A DNA stretch of 43,920 nucleotides from Candidatus Liptonbacteria bacterium (GTDB lineage: Bacteria > Patescibacteriota > Minisyncoccia > UBA6257 > 2-01-FULL-56-20), in NCBI GenBank assembly GCA_016204355.1, contig JACQKT010000014.1:1-43920 (forward strand), read 5' to 3'. Both the position numbers and the translations under genes were made by a program. Numbering within the stretch: the first letter of the stretch is position 1; each line of letters opens with the position of its first letter. Below the pieces are notes generated by a model. The model was not told the DNA's origin, ran no database searches, and saw nothing but the letters and a program-made list of their open reading frames with translations. Shown piece after piece: positions 1-8,355 of this stretch.

Positions 1-40
1 AAGTGGCTACGAAGGCCGAGTCGAAGGGCAAGCAGGACTC
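1..40. repeat. Partial REP-like palindromic element at window edge
   Basis: GAGTCGAAGGGC core resembles the elements at 988-1019 and 7084-7105; truncated by the window start. Confidence 0.4.
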
Positions 41-89
41 GCTCTTTCAATCAAGGGAGCCGCGGCATTTACCCCGCACCACCCCTTTG

Positions 90-161
90 CTCCGGGAGCA
101 GGATTCGAACCTGCGGCATCCTCCTTAACAGGGAGGCGTTCTACCGCTGAACTATCCCGGA
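90..161 (-). tRNA. tRNA-Asn(GTT)
   Basis: Cloverleaf: acceptor TCCGGGA/TCCCGGA, anticodon arm CCTCC-CTGTTAA-GGAGG, T-loop GGTTCGAATCC; no encoded CCA. Confidence 0.97.
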
Positions 162-208
162 ATCGCTTAATGTTTATCAGCTGATTCGAAAAAATCAAAC
201 GAATTACT

Positions 209-901
209 TTATTCTTTTTCTGGTTCTTCGTATTTTGTTATTCTGTCCTTTCCGTTTTCTTTCGATTTATAAAGAGCCCCGTCGGCGCGCTTTATCGCCC
301 GTTCAAGATTTTCTCCGCCCCTGTAATCCGTTACTCCGCCGCTCAAAGTTATTTTTATCGGACCTTCCTTCGTCTGAACATCGAGCGAGACCCGCGGCAT
401 CATTGCCCGCTTGTCGAAAAATTTGTTAACCACGTCCTGCTCGCTTCCCTGGAATGCAACGAGAAATTCCTCTCCTCCCCAGCGTGAAACGATGTCGTAT
501 TTTCTGAACGTATGCTTCAAAAAATCCGCCGTTGCCTTAAGGGCGGCATCTCCTGCTTCGTGCCCGAGTGTGTCGTTTATTTTTTTGAAATCGTCTATGT
601 CGAGCAATAAAAAGCTCATCTCGCGCGCGGGAATTTCTTCGTGCTTTCTCCCGCCTCCCTTTTCGGCCTCGGCGTCCGCCATTAAAAGCTCCATTTCTTC
701 CGTAGCGCCCCGACGATTTAAAATGCCGGTAAGGCCGTCGTACGTACTTAACTGTTCCAAGTGCCTGACTTCATCCTTCAGGCGGGCGATTTCCTCTTTT
801 TGCGATTTATTCTCGGCCCTGAGCCTTTCAAGCTCTTCTTCCGGCGTTTCGGCGGCTGCTCTTTGAAGATTCTCGCCGTTCATTTCCACCAATTTCCCCA
901 T
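209..901 (-). CDS. Diguanylate cyclase (coiled coil + GGDEF domain)
   Basis: DGLTG, DIDDFKKIND..GH..GD, RxxD I-site (RKYD), RWGGEEF; ATG 901 preferred over TTG 928, which lies in a terminator hairpin. Confidence 0.92.
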   Translation of the reverse strand: MGKLVEMNGENLQRAAAETPEEELERLRAENKSQKEEIARLKDEVRHLEQLSTYDGLTGILNRRGATEEMELLMADAEAEKGGGRKHEEIPAREMSFLLLDIDDFKKINDTLGHEAGDAALKATADFLKHTFRKYDIVSRWGGEEFLVAFQGSEQDVVNKFFDKRAMMPRVSLDVQTKEGPIKITLSGGVTDYRGGENLERAIKRADGALYKSKENGKDRITKYEEPEKE

Positions 902-908
902 AATTTCG

Positions 909-914
909 ATTATA
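909..914 (-). promoter_or_regulatory. -10 box TATAAT 7 nt before the GGDEF ATG
   Basis: Minus strand reads TATAAT-CGAAATT-ATG. Confidence 0.6.
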
Positions 915-925
915 CAATAAAAACT

Positions 926-951
926 CAAAAACGCCCGTAAAGGCGTTTTTG
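926..951 (-). terminator. Intrinsic terminator downstream of nrdJ
   Basis: CAAAAACGCC-N6-GGCGTTTTTG inverted repeat with T tract. Confidence 0.75.
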
Positions 952-987
952 TTTCAACGGATTTTATTTATTTACATACAGCGGGAA

Positions 988-1019
988 AATCCGCCCTTCA
1001 ACAAAATTCAGGACGGATT
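988..1019. repeat. Hairpin/REP-like element just past the nrdJ stop
   Basis: Minus strand AATCCGTCCT-N12-AGGGCGGATT. Confidence 0.6.
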
Positions 1020-1026
1020 CGCTTTT

Positions 1027-3528
1027 TTACATACATCTTGAGAACCCGCAGCTTCTGCAGCTCAGGCATCCTTCGCTGACAATAAGATTCGCCCCGCAAT
1101 CCGGGCATCCGGGCATCATGCCGTAATCTGCCAGAGATTTTTTGGAAGCGCTTTCGTCGTGTCCGGAAAGCGCGCTGACCGCGGCCGATTCTTTTCCTTC
1201 TACAACCACCGGTTCACTTTCCTTGTGTTCGACAAGAAGCGGATTGTGATAGCCGTTCGCGCGGACATGTTCCTCAAGAACCTGTCCGATGGCGTCGGGA
1301 AGAGAAAGTATCGTTCCCTTGTCGCTAAGCATAGGCATCGGCCCGCGGATTCCTTTGAGGTTGTCAATTATTTCCTCAAGCTTCACTCCCGCGCGCAGCG
1401 CCACGGAAATCAAACGGCAGATGCCTTCGCTTTGTTCCTGGAAAAATCCGCCGCTTTTTCCGATGATCGCGAACACTTCGAACGGCGCGCCGCTCTCATC
1501 GTTGTTCACCGTCACATAAAGATTTCCGTAACCAGTTTTCATCTTATAAGTCTTGCCGGTGAGAATTTCCGGGCGCCTTCTTGCTCCAAGCCTGTTCTTG
1601 TCCATCGGGAGGTCGGTGTGCGCGGGCTCGGCGGTTTTAGTCTTGCCGCCGAATCCGATCTCGCTCGGAGCTTTGATGTTTTCTCCGGTGCCGATGTTGA
1701 GTATCTGCACTTCGCGGCTGCCGTCGCGGTAGACGGTGCATGCCTTGCACTTCATCTTCCACGCCATCACGAATCCGTTCAAAACATCTTCTTTTGTCGC
1801 GTTGTTCGGGAAGTTGATCGTCTTCGATATCGAGTTGTCGACGTTCTTCTGGAAAGCGGCCTGCATCTTTATGTGCGCTTCGGCGGAAATATCCATCGCG
1901 ACCACGAAAGTCTTTCTCAATTCTTCCGGCAGGTCTTTCAGTCCCTGAATACTGCCTGTCTTTACTATTTCTTCTTTTATCTCTTTTATCTTTTCATCGC
2001 TTAACTTGAGCGAAAAAAAAGCTTTTTCGAAATATTCGTTGAAGTAGTTATACTTTTGCCCGTCTTTGTCCTGTTTGATGAAGGAAAGCGCGAAGTTTGG
2101 TTCGACGCCAGAAGACGCGTCGAGCATCATCGATATCGAGCCGGTGGGAGCGACGGTCGTCAACGCGGCGTTTCTCATTTTTGAAGCCTTTTCCTTCGCA
2201 AAAACGCTCAAATTCCAGTTGGCGAATGCTCCTTTCTCTTTGGCAAGCTCCCGGGACATCTCATGGGCGGAATCCGTTATGGTTTTCATAGTTTTCTCGC
2301 CCAGTTTATAGCCTTCTTCCGAGTCGTATGCCACTCCGAGCTGATAAAGCATGTCGGCAAATCCCATTATCCCGAGACCGATGCGCCTGTTTTTCCTCGC
2401 GAGGTCGGTTACCTGTTTCACCGGGAAGTCGAACATGTCTATGACATTGTCCATGAGGCGGACGGAAACTTTTGTCACGCGGCGGAGGCGGTTCCAGTCC
2501 ATTTTTCCGGTTTTCACGAATTGCGCGAGATTGATGGAACCCAAATTGCAATTGTCGTAGTGGTGCAGGAATTGTTCGCCGCAGGGATTCGAGCAGTCTA
2601 TCGGGCCGAGTCCCGGCAGCGGATTGGTCCTGTTCACTTCGTCTATAAAAACGATACCGGGTTCGCCATTATGCCACGCATACTCGACAAGCTCGTCGAA
2701 AACTTCTTTCACAGTTATATCCAATTCTTCTACGCCTATCACCGAGCCGTTCGGAGCGCGGAGAACTTTGTGAGGTTTAACTTTTTCCCCTTTCCACTCG
2801 CACATCCACTTTTCTTCCGGCTTCTCCACGAGTTTTTTCATGAACTCGTCCGTTGCTTTCACCGAGATGTTGAAGTTTCTTATTTCTCCTTCGATTTTTT
2901 TCGCGCGAATGAAGTCCAAAACGTCAGGATGAGTCACTTCCATCATCGCCATGTTCGCTCCGTGCCTCCCCTGCTGTTTGATCGTGCCGAAAGCCGCGTC
3001 GTAAACTTTCAAAAACGAAACGGGACCGGAAGAAACTCCTCTCGATTTTTTTGTCGGCCACATTGACGGACGCAAATGCGAAAAATCGAAACCGAGTCCC
3101 GAACCGGCCTGTTGAAGAAGCGCGGCGTCTTTCAAAGTTTGGAAAATGCTTTCCATCGAGTCCATCACGGGAAGCACGATGCAGTTCGCGATGAGCGGAG
3201 TCGGCCCGCCTGCATTCGTCAGAGTGCGTCCCGCGGGCGTGTATTCTTTTGTCGAAAGAATTTCCCAAAAATCTTTCTCGACTTTCGATATGAATTTGTC
3301 ATCGTGGCCGTATTTTCTTTCAGCTTCGGAAAGCGCGTGCGCTACGCGATGGAACATGTCTGCCGGAGTTTCCTGTTTTCCGTTTTCATCGGTAACAAGA
3401 TACCGTTTTTTCATCATCCGAAGCGCGTTTTCCGAAAATGAAGAATTGACCTTTTCTTTTTCAGCCTTTGTCATCCAGTCGTGGCCCGAAGCGGTCGATG
3501 TCCGAGAAGTTTTTGCTGTTTTTTTCAT
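1027..3528 (-). CDS. nrdJ: Class II adenosylcobalamin-dependent ribonucleotide reductase with C-terminal TSCPD and Zn-ribbon regions
   Basis: TPAGRTL, ANCIV, NPCGEQ catalytic loop, APTGSIS, SISKTIN, VYRDGSR, C-terminal CPDC..CLSCRSCGFSRC; no ATP cone. Confidence 0.93.
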   Translation of the reverse strand: MKKTAKTSRTSTASGHDWMTKAEKEKVNSSFSENALRMMKKRYLVTDENGKQETPADMFHRVAHALSEAERKYGHDDKFISKVEKDFWEILSTKEYTPAGRTLTNAGGPTPLIANCIVLPVMDSMESIFQTLKDAALLQQAGSGLGFDFSHLRPSMWPTKKSRGVSSGPVSFLKVYDAAFGTIKQQGRHGANMAMMEVTHPDVLDFIRAKKIEGEIRNFNISVKATDEFMKKLVEKPEEKWMCEWKGEKVKPHKVLRAPNGSVIGVEELDITVKEVFDELVEYAWHNGEPGIVFIDEVNRTNPLPGLGPIDCSNPCGEQFLHHYDNCNLGSINLAQFVKTGKMDWNRLRRVTKVSVRLMDNVIDMFDFPVKQVTDLARKNRRIGLGIMGFADMLYQLGVAYDSEEGYKLGEKTMKTITDSAHEMSRELAKEKGAFANWNLSVFAKEKASKMRNAALTTVAPTGSISMMLDASSGVEPNFALSFIKQDKDGQKYNYFNEYFEKAFFSLKLSDEKIKEIKEEIVKTGSIQGLKDLPEELRKTFVVAMDISAEAHIKMQAAFQKNVDNSISKTINFPNNATKEDVLNGFVMAWKMKCKACTVYRDGSREVQILNIGTGENIKAPSEIGFGGKTKTAEPAHTDLPMDKNRLGARRRPEILTGKTYKMKTGYGNLYVTVNNDESGAPFEVFAIIGKSGGFFQEQSEGICRLISVALRAGVKLEEIIDNLKGIRGPMPMLSDKGTILSLPDAIGQVLEEHVRANGYHNPLLVEHKESEPVVVEGKESAAVSALSGHDESASKKSLADYGMMPGCPDCGANLIVSEGCLSCRSCGFSRCM

Positions 3529-3615
3529 TTAACTTTTTTAATCTTCGACTTTTGTTTTTGCCTCAACCTCGCCAAGCTATTTTCCCTCCGAGACTGAAAC
3601 AGCGCAACCGGGGTG

Positions 3616-3624
3616 TTATCCCCA
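3616..3624 (+). promoter_or_regulatory. DnaA-box-like 9-mer upstream of nrdJ
   Basis: TTATCCCCA, one mismatch to TTATCCACA. Confidence 0.3.
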
Positions 3625-3664
3625 AAAAATCATAGAAAGACACTTTTTTGATTTTTTTGCAACT

Positions 3665-3684
3665 CCTGCCCGCAGGCAGGCAGG
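3665..3684. repeat. CCTGCC..GGCAGG palindromic element
   Basis: CCTGCCCGCAGGCAGGCAGG; related copy at 20505-20525. Confidence 0.65.
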
Positions 3685-4020
3685 TTTCTGTTCATCCAGG
3701 CGACTTTTCGTTCGGCCAAAAAATTTTTTTTATGATTTTCGAGGAATTTTTTCATCCGCCCCGAGCTACACCGGTCGGCGGCCGGATAAAATCCCTCCCA
3801 CCGGGTGAAAAAAGGCGCACAAAACACCCCGAAAAACATTTTTATCTTGACCTTTCTTTTTCGGGGTCAAGGCCGACGCTTGTTTTCCCGGCGGGACTCC
3901 TTTTTAGAATCTTCTCGTGGGGCCTCGGTTGTCGGGATGATCTTTTTGTAAATAGAGAAAGACGAGAATAGAATTAGGAGTAATCACACGGCGGCATTGC
4001 GGGAAACTTCCGCCGAAATC

Positions 4021-5550
4021 ATGAAAAAACGGAAAAAGGAAAACCTTTATCCACGCAATAATTCCAATGCTTCGCGCCCCTGCTGTATAGGTTCGAAGCG
4101 CGGTGCATCCACGCTGGCGCTTTTGATATTCGCGGCAGTTTTCACGATAGCTTCGGTATCTTTTGTATCGTTAAAGTTTTCCGGCAAGGATAATTCCGAT
4201 CCCGGGCAAAGCTTCATCGGAAAAACATCGGCCATCATTTTGAAAACTTTCGGCGGGATATTTTCTTCTTCCGGAGAAAAGCCTGCACTTGAAATAGATC
4301 TGACAAATAAATCGGTAGCACAAGAAAAAATTTCTTCTGCTGCAAATGCTTCCCAGACGAAAAACGGAAAAAGTTCCGGTGCAACTTTGCAAAATAATTC
4401 CGCGGCAGAAAATGAAAGTGTCCCGCAGAAAAATTCTTCTGATACTCCTTCGCAGGAGAAAAACGATTCGATGCAATCGCCCGCGCTGGAAATCAAAAAA
4501 GTCTATTCGGCGTGCGATTTTTCCAAATCCGGGAATTCGAGCCGAAAAGTTATCCTCAACGAAATAAATTGGGTCGGAAGCGACACGAGCGCTGGCGACG
4601 AATGGATCGAACTGAAAAATAATTCCGGAAGCGAAATAGATCTCGCCGGGTGGCAGATACTTTCCGGAGACGGAGATATGAAAATAATTCTTGAAGACGG
4701 AAACAAAATTTCTCCGGGAACTTTTTATCTTCTTGAAAGAACCGACGACGATTCCGCTCCGGGAATCGCCGCCGATGCGACATATTCCGGCGCGCTTTCG
4801 AACAGCGGAGAATTTCTCAAAATCTTCGACACCGATTGCAACATTTCCGACGAACTCGACGCGTCGAAAGGATGGCAAGCTGGCAACAGTTCCGAGAGAA
4901 AAACGATGGAGATAAGTTCACTCGATCTCAGCTGGCACACAAGCGCTTCGCCGGGCGGCACGCCGAAAAAAGAAAATTCGATGGCTTTTGTCACGAAAAA
5001 TTTCGAAAGAGATTCGCAATCAACCGGTTCGCAGACAAATTCGAACAACGATTCATCTTCTCAAAACGAACCTTACGGTTCGCAGACGCAAAATCAAACT
5101 TCTACTTCTTCCACCCAATCGCCGGCAAAAATATTAATAAGTGAAATTTTCTATAATCCCGCGGGGTCCGACGCCGGCAAAGAGTTTATCGAGCTTTTCA
5201 ACGCTGGGAGTCAAAACGTCGACCTTTCCGGATGGTCCCTAAAAAACGGCACGAATTCATTGGCCTTAATTGGTTCGAAAAGTGAGGATAAAAAGGCCGT
5301 CGTTCCGGGCGGATACTTCTTAATAGGCCTTAACGGCTATAATTCTGCCCCGTCTGCCGACGTGATACGTTCCACCCCCTTGCCGAACACGACCGCTACG
5401 ATAAATTTATACGACTCGAGCGTCAGCCTGATCGAATCGGTGAGTTACAATAACTCCGTTGCCGAAGGAGAGAGTTACGAACGCGTTTCCTGGGACAGCG
5501 GTGAATTTAAAACAGAACCGAACCCCAATCCGCAGAACTCGGGCCAGTAG
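4021..5550 (+). CDS. Membrane-anchored surface protein with two lamin-tail-like domains
   Basis: N-terminal TM helix; two repeats of I(L)xEI..(D/K)E(W/F)IELxN..(I/V)DLxGW; S/T/N/Q-rich linkers; ATG 4021 preferred over TTG 3997. Confidence 0.8.
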   Translation: MKKRKKENLYPRNNSNASRPCCIGSKRGASTLALLIFAAVFTIASVSFVSLKFSGKDNSDPGQSFIGKTSAIILKTFGGIFSSSGEKPALEIDLTNKSVAQEKISSAANASQTKNGKSSGATLQNNSAAENESVPQKNSSDTPSQEKNDSMQSPALEIKKVYSACDFSKSGNSSRKVILNEINWVGSDTSAGDEWIELKNNSGSEIDLAGWQILSGDGDMKIILEDGNKISPGTFYLLERTDDDSAPGIAADATYSGALSNSGEFLKIFDTDCNISDELDASKGWQAGNSSERKTMEISSLDLSWHTSASPGGTPKKENSMAFVTKNFERDSQSTGSQTNSNNDSSSQNEPYGSQTQNQTSTSSTQSPAKILISEIFYNPAGSDAGKEFIELFNAGSQNVDLSGWSLKNGTNSLALIGSKSEDKKAVVPGGYFLIGLNGYNSAPSADVIRSTPLPNTTATINLYDSSVSLIESVSYNNSVAEGESYERVSWDSGEFKTEPNPNPQNSGQ

Positions 5551-5607
5551 TCCGCAACCGGAAAATTCCCAATTTAATTTCTCCCGCTTTTTTGGGTTAA
5601 CGATTTC

Positions 5608-6180
5608 TCAGTTTCTTTTCTCAACACGCTCAACGTACTCGCCGGTTTCCGTATTCACTCTTACGATATCGCCTGTGTTTATAAAAAGAGGTGCAGAAAT
5701 TTTCGCGCCGGTTTCGAGGGTAACCGATTTTGTTCCTCCTTGCGCGGTATTTCCTTTTATCGAAGGCGGTGCTTCCGTGACTTTCAAATCCATTTTTATC
5801 GGAATATTTATCTTTATTACTTTCCCGTTGAAAGAAACGGAATTGATGACGGTATTTGATTTCAAAAAGTTCGCGGCTTCACCGAGAACTTCTGCGGGAA
5901 GAGAGAATCTGTTTTTCGGATTCCCTTCTTCGTGGAACCAAAACTCTCCGCGATTGGAATAAATAAAAACAGCGGAACTTTTTTCCAATTCGATTTCTTC
6001 CAGCTGATCGCTCGGCTGAAAATTCCTGTCGAGAACTTTTCCCGAAATAAGATTTCTTATTTTCGCCTGAACGACGGCTTTTCTCTGCTGCATGCGCAGA
6101 AAATTGGACTCTAAAACCTCATAGGGCTGATTGTCCATCGAAAAAACAATTCCCTTTTTTAGTTCTGTGTACGAAAGCAT
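5608..6180 (-). CDS. efp: Elongation factor P
   Basis: 190 aa; KGNTAQGGTK, LETG, PLFINTGD..VNTETGEYVER C-terminal signature. Confidence 0.95.
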   Translation of the reverse strand: MLSYTELKKGIVFSMDNQPYEVLESNFLRMQQRKAVVQAKIRNLISGKVLDRNFQPSDQLEEIELEKSSAVFIYSNRGEFWFHEEGNPKNRFSLPAEVLGEAANFLKSNTVINSVSFNGKVIKINIPIKMDLKVTEAPPSIKGNTAQGGTKSVTLETGAKISAPLFINTGDIVRVNTETGEYVERVEKRN

Positions 6181-6290
6181 GCTGATCGGATTTATGATTT
6201 ATGCTGTGAAAAATATTCGATTAATTGAAAACCGAGCACATAAATTCTTCGGAACCGAATTTATATGCTCGGCCAATTGCCGTAAATAAT

Positions 6291-6581
6291 TTAAACGTTT
6301 TCCTCTCTTGCCGGTCTTGGCGCGCGCGTGGAACCTTCCGGTTCTTCTATTTTGAGATTTACGCGGGCGTTGTTTTTGACGCCGACTATTCTCAAAAGAG
6401 AGCGGATGGCTTTTGCTGTCGCGCCCTGGCGGCCGACAACCTGCCCCATGTCCTGAGGATTTACCCTCAAAGAAAGAAGCACCCCCATCTCGTCAACCTT
6501 GCGGTCAACTTTGACGTCTTCGGGGTGATCCACAAGGGCTTTCACCACGTATTCCAGGAATTCCTGATCGTTTTGCGTCAT
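6291..6581 (-). CDS. khpA: KH-domain RNA-binding protein
   Basis: LVDHPEDV, DMGQVVGRQGATAKAIRSLL; directly downstream of rpsP. Confidence 0.9.
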   Translation of the reverse strand: MTQNDQEFLEYVVKALVDHPEDVKVDRKVDEMGVLLSLRVNPQDMGQVVGRQGATAKAIRSLLRIVGVKNNARVNLKIEEPEGSTRAPRPAREENV

Positions 6582-6620
6582 TTGTTCGCTTCTAGGATTC
6601 TTTCATTTCTTTCGACCTTT

Positions 6621-6659
6621 CCAGGTGGTAATCCGCCCGAGAGGCGGATCACTACCTGG
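6621..6659. repeat. Long hairpin between rpsP and khpA
   Basis: CCAGGTGGTAATCCGCC-CGAGA-GGCGGATCACTACCTGG, 17-bp arms with two non-Watson-Crick positions. Confidence 0.7.
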
Positions 6660-6726
6660 TTTCTTTTCCGTATTTAAGAAGGTTTCTGAACCTGAAAAGA
6701 TTACAATTAACAAGATGAATTGTCAA

Positions 6727-7074
6727 TTAATTCGCTGCTGGCTCGGCCGGCGTTTCGGGCGCTTTCCCGGCGGAAACGGACACTGCAGTTTCTTTGCTTT
6801 CCAATTCTTTCTTTTTTATGGATATTTTTATTTTGGGCCCGCTTACGACTCCCTGTTTGACCAAAAGGTTATGAACGGTCGGCGTTGGCTTGGCGCCGAC
6901 GCCGAGCCAGTAACGGATTCTTTCCTGCGCGAAAGTAGCCGTTTTTGTTGACGGGTTGTATGGACCTAAATCTTCAGCCGGAGGACCTCCGAGCTTGGAG
7001 CGCTTTTCGGCGACAACAAGCCGATAACTCGGCTGATGTTTCCTGCCTACGCGTTTTAGTCTGATGACCAGCAT
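6727..7074 (-). CDS. rpsP: 30S ribosomal protein S16
   Basis: MLVIRLKRVGRKHQPSYRLVV, WLGVGAKPT. Confidence 0.97.
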   Translation of the reverse strand: MLVIRLKRVGRKHQPSYRLVVAEKRSKLGGPPAEDLGPYNPSTKTATFAQERIRYWLGVGAKPTPTVHNLLVKQGVVSGPKIKISIKKKELESKETAVSVSAGKAPETPAEPAAN

Positions 7075-7083
7075 TGTTTAAAG

Positions 7084-7105
7084 CCTATTCGACGCTGCTC
7101 AGGAC
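7084..7105. repeat. GTCCTGAG..GTCGAA element in front of rpsP
   Basis: Minus strand GTCCTGAGCAGCGTCGAATAGG, similar to GTCCTGAATTTTGTTGAAGG near 995-1014. Confidence 0.45.
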
Positions 7106-7178
7106 TAATTTGGAACATGCGTCAAATTAGTCAATATAAGATAGCACGCTCTTTTTTATTTTGCAACTTTATTTGTTG

Positions 7179-7196
7179 CGGGTCCGCCTGGATTCG
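7179..7196 (-). pseudogene. 3' fragment of a divergent tRNA-Trp
   Basis: CGAATCCAGGCGGACCCG-CAA versus intact CGAATCGGAGTGGGCCCG-CAA. Confidence 0.6.
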
Positions 7197-7211
7197 TCCC
7201 TCACCTTTTTG

Positions 7212-7283
7212 CGGGCCCACTCCGATTCGAACGGAGAACTTCGGTTTTGGAGACCGACATTTTGCCATTAAAACTATGGACCC
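7212..7283 (-). tRNA. tRNA-Trp(CCA)
   Basis: Acceptor GGGTCCA/TGGGCCC, anticodon arm TCGGT-CTCCAAA-ACCGA, T arm CTCCG-TTCGAAT-CGGAG. Confidence 0.96.
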
Positions 7284-7330
7284 AGTTTTTCAATTTTAAA
7301 AGGTGGGGGATTGAAGTCAATCAATATATC

Positions 7331-7350
7331 GCCATTGAAACTACAGACCT
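7331..7350 (-). pseudogene. 5' fragment of a divergent tRNA-Trp
   Basis: AGGTCTGTAGTTTCAATGGC versus intact GGGTCCATAGTTTTAATGGC (16/20 identical). Confidence 0.6.
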
Positions 7351-7414
7351 GTTAGTTTAAGGATAATATAATCAGCCCCAACCACACAATTGCCAAATTG
7401 CTCAATTGCTATTA

Positions 7415-7594
7415 TCACTTCCCCGTTATCCTTGTTTCCTTGTGAGTCGTTTGCTTGCGGCATTTCTTGCAGTACTTTTTGAGCTCGATTTTCCTTTCAA
7501 CTTTTTTCTTGTTCTTGCGAGTGTAATAGTTGCGGTGGCCACAAACGGAGCACTTCAGCGCTATTAAATTTTCCGAATATTTGGACTTCGCCAT
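7415..7594 (-). CDS. rpmG: 50S ribosomal protein L33, zinc-binding form (absent from ORF track, 59 aa)
   Basis: Hand translation MAKSKYSENLIALKCSVCGHRNYYTRKNKKKVERKIELKKYCKKCRKQTTHKETRITGK; lies between tRNA-Thr and tRNA-Trp. Confidence 0.97.
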   Translation of the reverse strand: MAKSKYSENLIALKCSVCGHRNYYTRKNKKKVERKIELKKYCKKCRKQTTHKETRITGK

Positions 7595-7648
7595 TCGAGT
7601 AAGTGGAAAAAAGTATATCTCAAGGCGATAAATTTTGCAAAATTTTTG

Positions 7649-7719
7649 AGCCCGAGGGGAGAGTCGGACTCCCGTTTACTCCTTACCATGGATTCGTTCT
7701 GCCGTTGAACTACTAGGGC
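7649..7719 (-). tRNA. tRNA-Thr(GGT)
   Basis: GCCCTAG/CTCGGGC acceptor (one mismatch), anticodon loop ATGGTAA, T arm GGGAG-TCCGACT-CTCCC. Confidence 0.85.
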
Positions 7720-8327
7720 TTTTCATTTAGTCCGACCATTATATTCCGTAATTTCGTATTTGAAAAGTAAAGCGTCAAAACGCCATATTTGCTTTTCTTA
7801 CAATAAGTGCCTAATTTCCCGGTTTTGGTAATTGTCGGCTTATAAAATTGGCTTCGCTTTATTCCCAGGTTTTTTGACCAAAAGAACATTGCTTCTTCAA
7901 AATTAATGTCGCTAAATAAATGCAAATGAAATTTAAACATGCTTTTGTCGATTCCATAAAACTTATGCATAAATTCCATAAACTTTTTTATAAGCCGCGG
8001 ATCAGAATTGCCGATTTTCACGGTATTCTTATCCGCCCTGGTCCCTTCGCCCCAATATAGTCCTATCCCCAAGCCGAACAATTTAGCTTCTTCAATATTG
8101 CGCGGAACGCTGAGGCTGAAGGGATCGCCGTCCGGATTATTCAAGGCGTAAATCGCTTCGCTAATACTCCGCTTTGGAATTACGTTTTTCTCAAGCCAAT
8201 AGTTTACTTTGTGCTCCGAGCAACCAAGCAGTTTGGCAATTTGCGCCGAGGACTTCCGTTCCCGCACATACAGTTTCTTTAACAAGTCGCCATCAATGGA
8301 ATTTTTGTCGGTATATTTCTTCATCAC
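7713..8327 (-). CDS. HTH + LAGLIDADG-like protein (GLYWGEG type), stop codon inside tRNA-Thr
   Basis: N-terminal HTH (SAQIAKLLGCSEHKVNYW), GIGLYWGEGT helix, then IGNSDPRLIKKF; AT-rich. Confidence 0.7.
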   Translation of the reverse strand: MMKKYTDKNSIDGDLLKKLYVRERKSSAQIAKLLGCSEHKVNYWLEKNVIPKRSISEAIYALNNPDGDPFSLSVPRNIEEAKLFGLGIGLYWGEGTRADKNTVKIGNSDPRLIKKFMEFMHKFYGIDKSMFKFHLHLFSDINFEEAMFFWSKNLGIKRSQFYKPTITKTGKLGTYCKKSKYGVLTLYFSNTKLRNIMVGLNEKP

Positions 8328-8355
8328 AATTCAATTACAACAATGATACCATATT

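Noticed and set aside
7-198. 63-aa ORF
   Set aside because: Overlaps tRNA-Asn and a palindromic repeat
3529-3996. Cobalamin riboswitch or small CDS (3630-3839, 3648-3971) upstream of nrdJ
   Set aside because: No B12-box core recognisable on the minus strand; the ORFs are low-complexity and run through a palindromic repeat
5574-5583. Second recoded gene-tail duplicate after efp (AGA AAT TAA), and a similar hint after the GT-C gene near 34990-35015
   Set aside because: Only two codons or a loose AT-rich match; compatible with chance
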